A stretch of DNA of 62,311 bases, filler included. It is 5 parts of 5 records of this genome, joined end to end, with 100 filler letters (N's around TTAATTAATTAA, not from the genome) between each part and the next. Parts side by side here need not be neighbours in the genome. Positions count along the whole stretch, not along the records: positions 34,057 to 56,697 come from DRR723986_5760; positions 56,798 to 62,311 come from DRR723986_5779; 3 more parts are not named here. One strand, given 5' to 3'. Positions 50,049 to 59,828 of this stretch are shown piece by piece. The notes under the pieces are model-generated. The model ran no database searches, was not told where the DNA came from, and was given only the letters and a program-made list of their open reading frames with translations. Made by a program: the position numbers and the translations under genes. How positions within the stretch are numbered: the first letter of the stretch is position 1; every line of letters begins with the position of its first letter.

Positions 50049-51086
50049 ATGGCGGACGTGCTGCCGAAAAAGGCGGTTCTGTTTGGCGCGGGCATGGTGG
50101 CCCGCACCCATGTCGCGGCGTGCCTTGCGGCGTCCGGCGTGGCTTTGCGCGGCGTGCAGTCGCGCAGCGCCGATCGTGCGCAGGCCCTGGCTGATGCGTC
50201 CGGGCATCCCATCCGGGTCTATGCCGACCTGCAAAGCGTTGCCGCTGACCCCGAGGTCGATTTCGCCATCGTCCTGACGCCGCCCAATGCGCGGGCTAAT
50301 ATCATCGGACCGCTGGCTGCCGCCGGTAAACACATTCTTCTGGAAAAACCGATAGGCCGCGACGCGGACGAGGCACGGCAGGTCGTGACGATATGCCGGG
50401 ATGCGGGCGTGCGGCTTGGCATCGTACTCCAACACCGGATGCGCGCGGCGTCGCTAAAGGCGGCAGAGCTTGTGGCGGGCGGATCGCTCGGCGCGCTTGG
50501 ACTGGTGGAAATCGCGGTGCCGTGGTGGCGCGATCAGGCCTATTACGACGAACCGGGCCGCGGCACCTATGCGCGTGACGGGGGCGGTGTTCTGATCTCT
50601 CAGGCGATCCACACGATTGACCTCGCGCTTTGCCTTGCGGGGCCGGTGGATCGGGTGCGCGCGATGGCCACGACCACCCGGTTCCACAAGATGGAAGCCG
50701 AGGATTTCGTGGTCGCCGGACTGGAATTTTCGAATGGTGCGGCAGGGTCTCTGGTGGCCAGTACGGCCAGTTTTCCCGGCGGAGCAGAAACCATTACCCT
50801 GCATTTCGACAAGGTCAGCCTGCATCTTGGGTCCGGTCAGCTCCAGCTCCGCTGGCGGGACGGACGCGAAGAGCTGTTTGGTGAAGCTGCCGGCACCGGT
50901 GGCGGTGCCGATCCCATGGCCTTCACCCATGAATGGCACCAGGGCATTATCGAGGATTTCGCCGCCGCGCTGACCGAAGGTCGCGACCCTGCCGTGAGCG
51001 GGGAGGCCGCGCTTGCCGCCCATTGCCTGATCGACGCCATCGCGCTTTCGGCCCGCAGCGGCCATCCGCAGGAGGTCACTCAATGA
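50049..51086 (+). CDS. Gfo/Idh/MocA oxidoreductase
   Basis: GAGMVA, LLEKP, WWRDQAYY, GGGVLISQAIHTID. Confidence 0.9.
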   Translation: MADVLPKKAVLFGAGMVARTHVAACLAASGVALRGVQSRSADRAQALADASGHPIRVYADLQSVAADPEVDFAIVLTPPNARANIIGPLAAAGKHILLEKPIGRDADEARQVVTICRDAGVRLGIVLQHRMRAASLKAAELVAGGSLGALGLVEIAVPWWRDQAYYDEPGRGTYARDGGGVLISQAIHTIDLALCLAGPVDRVRAMATTTRFHKMEAEDFVVAGLEFSNGAAGSLVASTASFPGGAETITLHFDKVSLHLGSGQLQLRWRDGREELFGEAAGTGGGADPMAFTHEWHQGIIEDFAAALTEGRDPAVSGEAALAAHCLIDAIALSARSGHPQEVTQ

Positions 51087-52093
51087 CCCGTCCCCTGCGC
51101 ATGGCCGCTATCGGCATCGACCACCGCCATGTCTATGGCATGGCCGCGAATATGGTCGATGCAGGCGCGGAGTTTGTCGGTTGGTGGACCGAGGGCCATC
51201 CGAATACCGAAGAGGGGTTTGTCAAACGCTTCCCCGATGTGCCGCGCGCCGCGCGAGGCGAGGATCTGCTGGCCGATCCGACGATCGGCCTGATCCTTTT
51301 GTCCGGCATTCCACGCGACCGCGCCGGATGGGCCGTGAAGGCGATGGAGGCGGGCAAGGACGTGCTGTCCGACAAGCCCGGATGTACTACGGTTGAACAG
51401 CTTGATGCGCTGAAAGCCTGCGTCGCGCGCACGGGCCGCATCTGGTCCATCGACTTTTCGGAACGGTTCGAAGTGCCCGCCGTGACCCGCGCCGCGGAAC
51501 TGGTGGCCGAAGGCGCGATTGGCAAAGTGGTGCAGACGCTCGGTATCGGCCCGCACCGGCTGAACCGTGACACGCGCCCCGACTGGTTCTTTGATCGCGA
51601 CGCCTATGGCGGGATCATCACCGATATCGGCAGTCACCAGATCGACCAATTCCTGTTCTTCACCGGCTCTGACGAGGCCGAAGTGACCTTGGCCCATGTG
51701 GCCAACTACGCAAACCCCGACGACCCCGGCCTTCAGGATTTCGGTGAAATCGCGCTTCGCAGTCCGCGAGGGCATGGCTACATCCGGCTCGATTGGTACA
51801 CGCCCGACGCGCTGCCCACATGGGGCGACGGGCGGCTGACGATCTTGGGGACAGAGGGCTATATCGAGCTGCGCAAATACGTGGATGTTGGCAGCGAAGG
51901 CACCGACCACCTTGTGTTGGTCAATGGCGACCGTTGCGAGAAGATTGATGCTTCAGGGGCGGGGATGCCGTTCTTTGCGCGTCTGATCGAAGACATTCGC
52001 AACCGCACGGAAACGGCGATGACACAGGCGCATGTCTTCAAGGTGTGCGAATTGTCACTTGCCGCGCAAGCCATGGCCGAGGCGCGCGGGTGA
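51083..52093 (+). CDS. Gfo/Idh/MocA oxidoreductase (atypical GIDHRH/DKP variant)
   Basis: AIGIDHRH, SDKPG, FSERFE, GGIITDIGSHQIDQF. Confidence 0.88.
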   Translation: MTRPLRMAAIGIDHRHVYGMAANMVDAGAEFVGWWTEGHPNTEEGFVKRFPDVPRAARGEDLLADPTIGLILLSGIPRDRAGWAVKAMEAGKDVLSDKPGCTTVEQLDALKACVARTGRIWSIDFSERFEVPAVTRAAELVAEGAIGKVVQTLGIGPHRLNRDTRPDWFFDRDAYGGIITDIGSHQIDQFLFFTGSDEAEVTLAHVANYANPDDPGLQDFGEIALRSPRGHGYIRLDWYTPDALPTWGDGRLTILGTEGYIELRKYVDVGSEGTDHLVLVNGDRCEKIDASGAGMPFFARLIEDIRNRTETAMTQAHVFKVCELSLAAQAMAEARG

Positions 52094-53157
52094 TCCGGGT
52101 TGCGATCATAGGGGCCGGGATCGGGGCCGAGCATCTGGCGGGCTACCGCGCGCTGCCAGACCGGTTCCGCGTGGCCGTGATGTGCGATCTGGACAAGGCG
52201 CGGGCGGCACAGGCCACCGAACACGATCCCGACATCGCGATTTCCGACGATCTAGACGCGGTGCTTGCCGATCCGCATATCGACCTGATCGACATTTGCC
52301 TGCCGCCGCATCTGCATTTCCCTGTGACGGTGAAGGTGCTGGAAGCGGGCAAGCACGCGATCTGTGAAAAACCGATTGTCCGGTCGATGGTTGAAGCGGA
52401 CGCGCTGCAAGAGGTGGCGGAGCGCACCGGCAAGCTGGTCTTCCCGGTCTTCCAGTATCGGTTCGGCAAGGCCATGGCGCAGTTGATGGCGCTGGAACAT
52501 GCGGGGCTTGCGGGCAGGGCCTATGCGGCTGCCCTTGAAACGCACTGGAACCGGGACGCTGCCTATTACGCGGTGCCGTGGCGGGGCACTTGGGCGGGTG
52601 AATCTGGCGGTTCGCTGCTTGGTCACGCCATCCATGCCCATGATCTGCTATGCCATGTGATGGGCCCGGTTGCGCAGGTCTTTGCGCTGACCGACACCCG
52701 CGTGAATGAGATCGAGACAGAGGATTGCGCGGCGTTGACCTTTCGTATGGCCAATGGCGCTTTGGCGACCAGTTCAGTCACGCTTGGCGCGGGCGAGGAT
52801 ACCTCACGACTGCGGTTCTGTTTCGAAGGCTTCACCGCCGAAAGTGGCACCGCGCCCTATACGCCCGCGCAGGACACATGGCGCTTCATTGCCCGTGCGC
52901 CCGTGACCCAGGACCAGATTGATGCCGTGGTGGCACAGGTGCCCGCAGGACATGCGGGTTTTGCGGGCTATCTTGATGCCATAGCCGATGCCCTGACGGG
53001 TATAGGCGGACAGGAAGTGACGCTGGATGATGGCCGCCGATCCATCGAATTGGTGACGGCGATCTATCAATCTGCGCAAGCTGGAGCCCCGGTGAGTCTG
53101 CCACTGACCGCCGAGGACGCGCTTTACCAAGGGTGGATGCCATCTGCCCAGACCTAA
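52090..53157 (+). CDS. Gfo/Idh/MocA oxidoreductase
   Basis: GAGIG, CEKP, FQYRFG, GGSLLGHAIHAHD. GTG start overlaps the upstream stop. Confidence 0.9.
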   Translation: MIRVAIIGAGIGAEHLAGYRALPDRFRVAVMCDLDKARAAQATEHDPDIAISDDLDAVLADPHIDLIDICLPPHLHFPVTVKVLEAGKHAICEKPIVRSMVEADALQEVAERTGKLVFPVFQYRFGKAMAQLMALEHAGLAGRAYAAALETHWNRDAAYYAVPWRGTWAGESGGSLLGHAIHAHDLLCHVMGPVAQVFALTDTRVNEIETEDCAALTFRMANGALATSSVTLGAGEDTSRLRFCFEGFTAESGTAPYTPAQDTWRFIARAPVTQDQIDAVVAQVPAGHAGFAGYLDAIADALTGIGGQEVTLDDGRRSIELVTAIYQSAQAGAPVSLPLTAEDALYQGWMPSAQT

Positions 53158-53192
53158 CCAAGACCAAACAGGACCAAAGGGAGGAACCTGAA

Positions 53193-54464
53193 ATGAAGAA
53201 GACCGTATTGATGACCACTGCCATGGCGGCAGTCCTCGGCGTGGCGGCAGGTGCCGCTGCGGCGCAGGAAGTCCGCTTCATGTGCTATTCGGACGGCAAC
53301 GAATGCGAAGTCTACGAAGACGTGCTGAGCCGTTTTGAGGCCGCCAACCCGGGAATCGACGTCATTGTTGACGTGGTCCCCTATCAGGCCATTCTGGAAA
53401 ACCTGCCGGTGCAGCTGGCTGCCGGAACCGGGCCTGACATCGCGAAGGTCACCGACCTTGGCGGTCTGAACGAATACTATCTCGACCTCGCGCCCTATGT
53501 GGATCGTGACTATTGGGAATCCAACTTTGGCGGCACGCTCGGCTGGTATCGCGGTGCGGCAGGTGGCGACGGCATCTATGGCATGCACAGCCAGCTGACC
53601 ATCACCGGCGCCTTCGTCAACGCCACCCTGTTCGAGCAGGCGGGTGTCGAAATGCCCGCAAACGACGCGACCTGGGACGAATGGGCCGCAGCAGCGCGGG
53701 CCGTAGCAGAGGCAACCGACGCCGACTTCCCGATGGCGATCGACCGCTCCGGCCACCGCGTGGCAGGCCCTGCGATTTCCTATGGTGCGCAGCTGTTTGA
53801 CGAAGATGGCAATGGCCGCCTTGTCGATGACGGCTTTACCGCCTTCGCTCAGCAGTTCGTGGATTGGCACAATGACGGCACCATCGCGCGCGACGTGTGG
53901 GCCGGTCAGGGTGGGTCGACCTACCGCGATGCGGCACAGGAATTCATCAACGGCGATCTGGTGTTCTACTACTCCGGTTCGTGGCAGGTCGGCCGCATGG
54001 ACGAACAGGTTGGTGACTTCTTTGACTGGCAGGTTGTCGGCAGCCCCTGTGGTCCCGCTGGTGCCTGTTCCGGCATGCCGGGCGGCGCAGGTGTCGTTGG
54101 GTTCAGCCAGACAGAACACCCCGAGGCCGTTGCCGCTGTGATCGACTATCTCGCGCAAGCAGATGTCTATGCAGAAGTGACTGCACGCACCCGCAACCTG
54201 CCGGCCCATCTGGGTGTGGCAAACGCGGGCGTCGAGTTCGAAGGCGCATCCCCGGCAGCAGCCGCTGCCCTGTCGGCCTTCGCGTCGGATCTGGGTGACG
54301 TGTCGCCGATTGCCTTCGCCTATCAGGGCTATGCAGGCAACCGCGCGATGTACGGCATCACCGTGGAGCGCCTGAGCCAGGCCATCGTGGGCGAACTGAC
54401 CGTGGCCGAAGCCATGGAACGCGCTGCCGCCGATCTGGAAGCAGCCATGGCGGAAGCCAACTGA
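53193..54464 (+). CDS. Sugar ABC transporter substrate-binding protein (AguE/digalacturonate-like)
   Basis: Signal peptide ending AAA-Q, GPDIAKV, AIDRSGHR, SGSWQ. Strong GGAGG RBS. Substrate is inferred. Confidence 0.85.
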   Translation: MKKTVLMTTAMAAVLGVAAGAAAAQEVRFMCYSDGNECEVYEDVLSRFEAANPGIDVIVDVVPYQAILENLPVQLAAGTGPDIAKVTDLGGLNEYYLDLAPYVDRDYWESNFGGTLGWYRGAAGGDGIYGMHSQLTITGAFVNATLFEQAGVEMPANDATWDEWAAAARAVAEATDADFPMAIDRSGHRVAGPAISYGAQLFDEDGNGRLVDDGFTAFAQQFVDWHNDGTIARDVWAGQGGSTYRDAAQEFINGDLVFYYSGSWQVGRMDEQVGDFFDWQVVGSPCGPAGACSGMPGGAGVVGFSQTEHPEAVAAVIDYLAQADVYAEVTARTRNLPAHLGVANAGVEFEGASPAAAAALSAFASDLGDVSPIAFAYQGYAGNRAMYGITVERLSQAIVGELTVAEAMERAAADLEAAMAEAN

Positions 54465-54475
54465 TCTGACCCTTG

Positions 54476-54502
54476 CCCCCCGCGCCAGACAGGTGCGGGG
54501 GG
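54476..54502 (+). other. Intercistronic GC hairpin after the SBP gene (probable mRNA stabiliser)
   Basis: CCCCCCGCGCC-agaca-GGTGCGGGGGG with no U-tract. Confidence 0.55.
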
Positions 54503-54522
54503 TCTTCCTGACAGGAGATCCC

Positions 54523-55491
54523 ATGCTGAGCATTCTCACGCCTCTCATGCGGCTGATCGAGATTCCCATGCTGGCGCTGCAACGCCTTCTGGGCATCAAC
54601 CGGCTTGCCTGGGTTTTCCTGCTGCCGAACCTGATCCTGTTTGCCCTGTTCGCGTTCCTGCCGGTGATCCTGAACATGGTCTATGCCCTGACCGGCAGCG
54701 ACAATGTACTGTTGGCAGACCGGCCTTTCGTTGGGACGCACAATTTCGGAACGCTGCTCGATTGCAGCAACTATCTTGATCCCAACAGCTGCCGCGAAGA
54801 CAAGTTCTGGCGCGCGGTCTGGAACACGACGTGGTTCGTGACCTTGCAGGTTGGGTTCATGGTCGGCTTTTCCTTGCTGACCGCGATCATTCTCAACCGC
54901 GATATCCGGGCACGCGGCTTCTTTCGCTCGGTCTTTTTCTTTCCCGTGTTGCTGTCGCCCGTGGTCGTGGCGCTGATCTGGAAGTGGATCCTGCAACGCG
55001 AAGGCGTGATGAACGCGTTTCTCGATTGGACCGGGATCGGCGGCTATAACTGGCTGGTGGATGCGCAATGGGCCTTTGCATGGTCGGTGTTCATTTCGGT
55101 CTGGGCCCATATGGGGTTCTACACGCTGATTCTGCTGGCAGGCCTGCAAGCCATTCCGCGCGATGTCTATGAGGCCGCGATCATGGACCGTGCCAGCCCC
55201 TGGCGCACCTTCCGCCGGATCACCCTGCCGCTGCTGTCGCCCACCATGCTGGTGGTGCTGGTCTTGGCGCTGATCAAGGGCGTGCAGACATTTGACGAAA
55301 TCTATGCCTTCACCGGCGGCGGTCCCGGCACGGCGACCACATTCATCATTCAGTACATCTACGAGGAAGGCTTTGCCGGGGCGCCGCGCCTGTTTGGCCT
55401 TGCCGCCGCCGCGTCGCTTTTGGTGGCGCTCGTGCTGGTCGTGCTGACGCTGGTGCAACTGTGGGTCAACAGGAGGAACGTCAATGGGTAG
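54523..55491 (+). CDS. Sugar ABC transporter permease (MalF-type)
   Basis: FLLPNL, FFPVLLSPVV, AGLQAIPRDVYEAAIMD. Confidence 0.93.
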   Translation: MLSILTPLMRLIEIPMLALQRLLGINRLAWVFLLPNLILFALFAFLPVILNMVYALTGSDNVLLADRPFVGTHNFGTLLDCSNYLDPNSCREDKFWRAVWNTTWFVTLQVGFMVGFSLLTAIILNRDIRARGFFRSVFFFPVLLSPVVVALIWKWILQREGVMNAFLDWTGIGGYNWLVDAQWAFAWSVFISVWAHMGFYTLILLAGLQAIPRDVYEAAIMDRASPWRTFRRITLPLLSPTMLVVLVLALIKGVQTFDEIYAFTGGGPGTATTFIIQYIYEEGFAGAPRLFGLAAAASLLVALVLVVLTLVQLWVNRRNVNG

Positions 55492-56536
55492 AGCGATCTC
55501 TTTCCTGACCGCTACGCGCGGCAAGGGGCGACTGCATTGGACCGATTGGGTGTCCTACACTTACCTCATAATGGGTGTCTTCCTGATGTTCGGCCCGGTG
55601 GTCTGGCTGGTCCTGTCCAGCTTCAAGACCCCGAACGAACTGGACCGCTTCCCGCCCCGTTTCCTGCCCTATGCGCAAGAAACCATGGAAGTGCCCGGAT
55701 TTGACGAGCCGCTGCTGCTGTTCACCGTGACCGAGGGCGAATATGCGGGAGAGATCGTGGCGCAGACCCGCCGTGCCGCGGGCCGAGCCGAAGTGGTGCT
55801 GCCGGTCGACCCGGAAAACCGCATTCGCCTGCAAGCCAACCAGCTCGAACCGATTGAACATGTCGCCTTCGCGACCGAGAATTTCACCAGCCTGTTCGAG
55901 CGGTTCAATTTCCTGCGCTTCTTGTGGAATTCGACCTTCATTACGGTCACGGCGACGTTGTTGATGCTGCTGGTCAATTCCATGGCGGCCTTCGCCTTGT
56001 CGAAATATGAATTCAGGGGGCGCACATCGGTGCTGCTGCTGGTCGTGGGGACGCTGATGATCCCACAAACCGTGGTTCTGGTGCCGCTCTTCCTGATCGT
56101 GACGGAACTGGGGATGTTCAACTCGCTTTGGGGTGTGATCATACCGGGGGCGGCGACGCCGACGGGGGTGTTTCTGTTGCGCCAATACATGATCACCATT
56201 CCGGACGAGATCCTGGATGCCGCCCGCATGGACAAGGCCAGCGAATGGAAGATCTTCTGGCGGATCATCATCCCGCTATCGGCCCCGGCCATCGCGGTTC
56301 TGGCGATCCTTGCGATCATGTGGCGGTGGAATGATTTCCTCTGGCCGCTGATCGTGCTGACGCAATCGGAAAACTTCACCCTGCAACTGGCGCTGAATTC
56401 TTTCCAGGGCGAGCTTCAGACAGATTGGCCAAGCTTGCTGGCCATGACCGTTTTGACGCTGCTGCCAATCGCGACGGTGTTCATGTTCCTGCAAAAATAC
56501 ATCGCGACCGGCATCGCCTCGACAGGCGGCAAATGA
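55484..56536 (+). CDS. Sugar ABC transporter permease (MalG-type) with periplasmic insert
   Basis: LSSFK, FLLRQY, EILDAARMD, WNDFLWPL. Confidence 0.93.
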   Translation: MGRAISFLTATRGKGRLHWTDWVSYTYLIMGVFLMFGPVVWLVLSSFKTPNELDRFPPRFLPYAQETMEVPGFDEPLLLFTVTEGEYAGEIVAQTRRAAGRAEVVLPVDPENRIRLQANQLEPIEHVAFATENFTSLFERFNFLRFLWNSTFITVTATLLMLLVNSMAAFALSKYEFRGRTSVLLLVVGTLMIPQTVVLVPLFLIVTELGMFNSLWGVIIPGAATPTGVFLLRQYMITIPDEILDAARMDKASEWKIFWRIIIPLSAPAIAVLAILAIMWRWNDFLWPLIVLTQSENFTLQLALNSFQGELQTDWPSLLAMTVLTLLPIATVFMFLQKYIATGIASTGGK

Positions 56537-56568
56537 CCGGGCGCGCAAGGACAAGAAAGGGCTGACAG

Positions 56569-56697
56569 ATGGCCAGAATTGAATTGAAGGACGTGCGCAA
56601 ATCCTACGGCGCGGCGGATGTGATCAAGGGGATCGACCTTGATATCGCACATGGGGAGTTCTGTGTGTTCGTCGGGCCTTCGGGCTGCGGCAAGTCC
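56569..56697 (+). CDS. Sugar ABC ATPase (3'-partial)
   Basis: Hand translation gives [14 protein letters not shown]...[11 protein letters not shown] up to the contig end. Confidence 0.9.
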
Positions 56698-56797
56698 NNN
56701 NNNNNNNNNNNNNNNNNNNNNNNNNNNNNNNNNNNNNNNNNTTAATTAATTAANNNNNNNNNNNNNNNNNNNNNNNNNNNNNNNNNNNNNNNNNNNN
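56698..56797. other. Artificial contig linker
   Basis: N-run with TTAATTAATTAA. Confidence 0.99.
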
Positions 56798-57736
56798 GGC
56801 TGCGGCAAGTCCACGCTTCTGCGGATGGTGGCGGGGCTGGAAAGCATCACCTCGGGCGAGGTGTCCATCGGCGAGAAAGTCGTCAACACGCTTGAACCGG
56901 CCGACCGTGACATCGCCATGGTGTTCCAGAATTACGCGCTTTATCCGCATATGACGGTGCGTCAGAACATGGCCTATGGTCTGAAGATCCGTAAAATGCC
57001 CAAGGCCGAGATTGACCGGAAGGTGCAGGAAGCCGCCGAGATTCTGGAAATATCTCAGTATCTCGACCGCAAGCCCCGGCAATTGTCCGGCGGTCAGCGG
57101 CAGCGCGTCGCCATGGGTCGCGCCATCGTGCGTGATCCGCAAGTGTTCCTGTTTGACGAGCCGCTGTCCAACCTCGACGCCAAGCTGCGCGTACAGATGC
57201 GACTTGAGATCCGCAAACTGCAAAAGCGCCTTGGGGTGACCTCAATTTTCGTGACCCACGATCAGGTCGAGGCAATGACCCTTGGCGACCGTCTTATGGT
57301 GCTGAACGGCGGCTATGTGGAACAGTTCGGCACGCCGATCGAGCTTTATGAACGCCCCGCATCGGTCTTCGTGGCCGGCTTCATCGGCAGCCCCGCGATG
57401 AATTTCTTTTCCGCATCAGCCGATGGCCAGTCCGTTGCGCTGTCCAACGGTGCCGTGCTGCCAACCAGCCAGGCGGCACAGGGCGCGGTGACCTGCGGTT
57501 TCCGGCCAGAGCATCTGGTCCGCGATCCAGAAGGCCCGATCGGTATGGACGTCGAGATGCTGGAACATCTGGGCGGTGTCACCCTGCTCCATGGCCCGCT
57601 TCAGGGCACCGATCATCAGATGGTGGTCAGCCTTGATGGTATTTCCGACGTGAAGATGGGCGACAGCCTGCGCTTTTCGGTGCCGGTGGACCTTGTGCAT
57701 CTGTTCAACGCCAGCACGGACAAGCGGATTGGCTGA
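56798..57736 (+). CDS. ugpC: sn-glycerol-3-phosphate ABC ATPase (5'-partial)
   Basis: [42 protein letters not shown]. Followed by a GDPD gene. Confidence 0.82.
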   Translation, partial: GCGKSTLLRMVAGLESITSGEVSIGEKVVNTLEPADRDIAMVFQNYALYPHMTVRQNMAYGLKIRKMPKAEIDRKVQEAAEILEISQYLDRKPRQLSGGQRQRVAMGRAIVRDPQVFLFDEPLSNLDAKLRVQMRLEIRKLQKRLGVTSIFVTHDQVEAMTLGDRLMVLNGGYVEQFGTPIELYERPASVFVAGFIGSPAMNFFSASADGQSVALSNGAVLPTSQAAQGAVTCGFRPEHLVRDPEGPIGMDVEMLEHLGGVTLLHGPLQGTDHQMVVSLDGISDVKMGDSLRFSVPVDLVHLFNASTDKRIG

Positions 57737-57737
57737 G

Positions 57738-58712
57738 ATGACGGACCGGCTTTCCCCCCTGCGCCGGGCCCCCGGCATCGTGCGGCTTCACGGACATCGG
57801 GCCGCGCGGGGGGTGTTGCCTGAAAACACGTTGCTGGCCTTTCGCAACACCTTCGATATCGGCGTGCAGGTGGTGGAGCTGGATATCCTGTCCACGCGGG
57901 ACGGGATCCCGGTCATCACCCACAATCCCCGGCTCATGTCCGCCTCGACCCGCGATGCGGAGGGCAACTGGCTGTCGGGGGAGGGGCCGCGCGTTCATGA
58001 CCTGACGTATCAGGACCTCAGTCGCTATGATGTCGGCGGCCTCAGGGCCGGCACGAGCTATGCTGCGCGCTACCCCGACCAGGCCTTTCTGAATAATTTG
58101 CATATCCCCAGGTTCGAAGATCTCGCCAAGATGCTGTCCGACCCCGCCTATCGAGACATCTGGCTCAATATCGAGATCAAGAGCAGCCCGGACCACCCCG
58201 AGGATACGCCGCCAATTGCCGATTATGTCGCCTCTGTCCTGTCGGTTCTGCGCGGCCATGATCTGGAAGACCGGGCGATTTTGCAGAGCTTTGACTGGCG
58301 GATACTGGAAGAGGTGGCCCGCAAGGCGCCGGACCTGCCCCGGTCCTACCTCAGCTACCTGCCGCGCCCGAACCCGCCGATGGATGTGAATGTGTATGAA
58401 GGGTCGCCCTGGATCGGATCGGCCCCATGGGCGCGGTTCGATGGGTCGTTGCCACGGATGATATCGCATATGGACGGCATGGTCTGGTGCCCCTATCACG
58501 AAGACCTGGATCCCGAAGACGTGGCCCTGGCCCGTGATCTGGGGCTCATCGTCAATACTTGGACGGTGAATGCCCCCGAGGACATCTTGCGCGCAATAGA
58601 GACGGGCGTGGATGGCATCATCACCGATTATCCGGGCCGCGCGCAGCGTCTGTTGCTGGACCGTGGTCTAAGCTGGCGAGAGGATATCCACCCAGTCCGG
58701 GCCACCGGCTGA
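57738..58712 (+). CDS. ugpQ: Glycerophosphodiester phosphodiesterase
   Basis: HGHR, PENT, ELD, NIEIK, QSFD, WTVN, GIITDYP. Confidence 0.9.
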   Translation: MTDRLSPLRRAPGIVRLHGHRAARGVLPENTLLAFRNTFDIGVQVVELDILSTRDGIPVITHNPRLMSASTRDAEGNWLSGEGPRVHDLTYQDLSRYDVGGLRAGTSYAARYPDQAFLNNLHIPRFEDLAKMLSDPAYRDIWLNIEIKSSPDHPEDTPPIADYVASVLSVLRGHDLEDRAILQSFDWRILEEVARKAPDLPRSYLSYLPRPNPPMDVNVYEGSPWIGSAPWARFDGSLPRMISHMDGMVWCPYHEDLDPEDVALARDLGLIVNTWTVNAPEDILRAIETGVDGIITDYPGRAQRLLLDRGLSWREDIHPVRATG

Positions 58713-58758
58713 CGTCCTTTCTGCTTGATCGGGTGATGGCGACGAAATCCCGTAAGTG

Positions 58759-59541
58759 TCAGGCGGCCAGCTCGATCCAGACCGGAACGTGATCGGACGG
58801 CTTCTCGCGCGCCCGGATGTCCTTGTCGATCTGGCAGCCTTCCAGCAGGTCTGCGGCCTGCGCGCTCAGCAACAGATGGTCGATACGGATGCCGTCATTT
58901 CGCTGCCATGCGCCCGCCTGATAATCCCAGAAGGAATAGTGATCCGGCCCCGCGACCCGTGCGCGAAACGCTTCTGTAAAGCCAAGGTTGAGGATGCGGC
59001 GATAGGCGGCGCGGCTTTCGGGGCGGGCCAGCGCATCGTCCTTCCATGCATCGGGGCGGGCGGCGTCTTCGTCCTGCGGGATGATGTTGTAATCACCCGC
59101 CATCACCACCGGCATTTCCTCGGCCAACAGCGCCCGCGCGCGGGCTTCCATCCGGTCCATCCAGGCCAGCTTGTAGTCATATTTGGGGCCGGGGCAGGGG
59201 TTGCCATTGGGCAGGTACAGCCCGCACAGCCGCACCGCATGGGCGTCGCCCATCACGGTCGCCTCGATCCAGCGCGCCTGTTCATCGCTGTCGTCGCCCG
59301 GCAAACCGCGCGTCACATCCTCCAGCGGCAGTTTCGACAGGATCGCCACACCGTTGAAGCCCTTCTGTCCGTGGGTTTCGACATTATAGCCGCGATCTTC
59401 GAACATCTCGCGGGGGAAGTTTTCGTCCACCGACTTGATTTCCTGCAACAGCGCAACGTCTGGTTGTGATTCGTCCAGCCAGTCGCACAGCGCCGGATAC
59501 CGCGCCTTTATTCCATTGATGTTGAAGGTGGCGATCTTCAT
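58759..59541 (-). CDS. xth: Exodeoxyribonuclease III
   Basis: ATFNING, LQEIK, YLPNGNP, GDYN, RIDH, SDHVP. Confidence 0.96.
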   Translation of the reverse strand: MKIATFNINGIKARYPALCDWLDESQPDVALLQEIKSVDENFPREMFEDRGYNVETHGQKGFNGVAILSKLPLEDVTRGLPGDDSDEQARWIEATVMGDAHAVRLCGLYLPNGNPCPGPKYDYKLAWMDRMEARARALLAEEMPVVMAGDYNIIPQDEDAARPDAWKDDALARPESRAAYRRILNLGFTEAFRARVAGPDHYSFWDYQAGAWQRNDGIRIDHLLLSAQAADLLEGCQIDKDIRAREKPSDHVPVWIELAA

Positions 59542-59685
59542 GGCGCGTGTCCAGTTCGTGTTCAATGTACAGATATTGCACCCATTTTTGCCGGTCCCGC
59601 CCGCAATGCCAAGGGGGCTTGCGATCAAAGTGTTAATGTGACACTATTGTGGAAAGCGATGTGACCCAAGCAGTGGACCAGACCC

Positions 59686-59811
59686 ATGCGTAATTTCCTG
59701 ACTGTCCTGTTCGTGATCTTCCTGCTCCTGCCGATGCGGGTGATGGCTGATGATGAGGCATCGACAGCGGATGCGCCGGGCGCCGCCAGCCTGGAGATCA
59801 CGGCACAATAA
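59686..59811 (+). CDS. 41-aa secreted micropeptide (below the ORF-track cutoff)
   Basis: MRNFLTVLFVIFLLLPMRVMA-DDEASTADAPGAASLEITAQ*. Sec-type signal with a VMA cleavage site. Confidence 0.6.
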   Translation: MRNFLTVLFVIFLLLPMRVMADDEASTADAPGAASLEITAQ

Positions 59812-59828
59812 ATCGAGCGACCAGACCC

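Noticed and set aside
49194-51086. 630-aa ORF as a fusion protein
   Set aside because: The N-terminal half is the antisense of the GntR gene and crosses the operator region. The real start is ATG 50049 after GAGGG.
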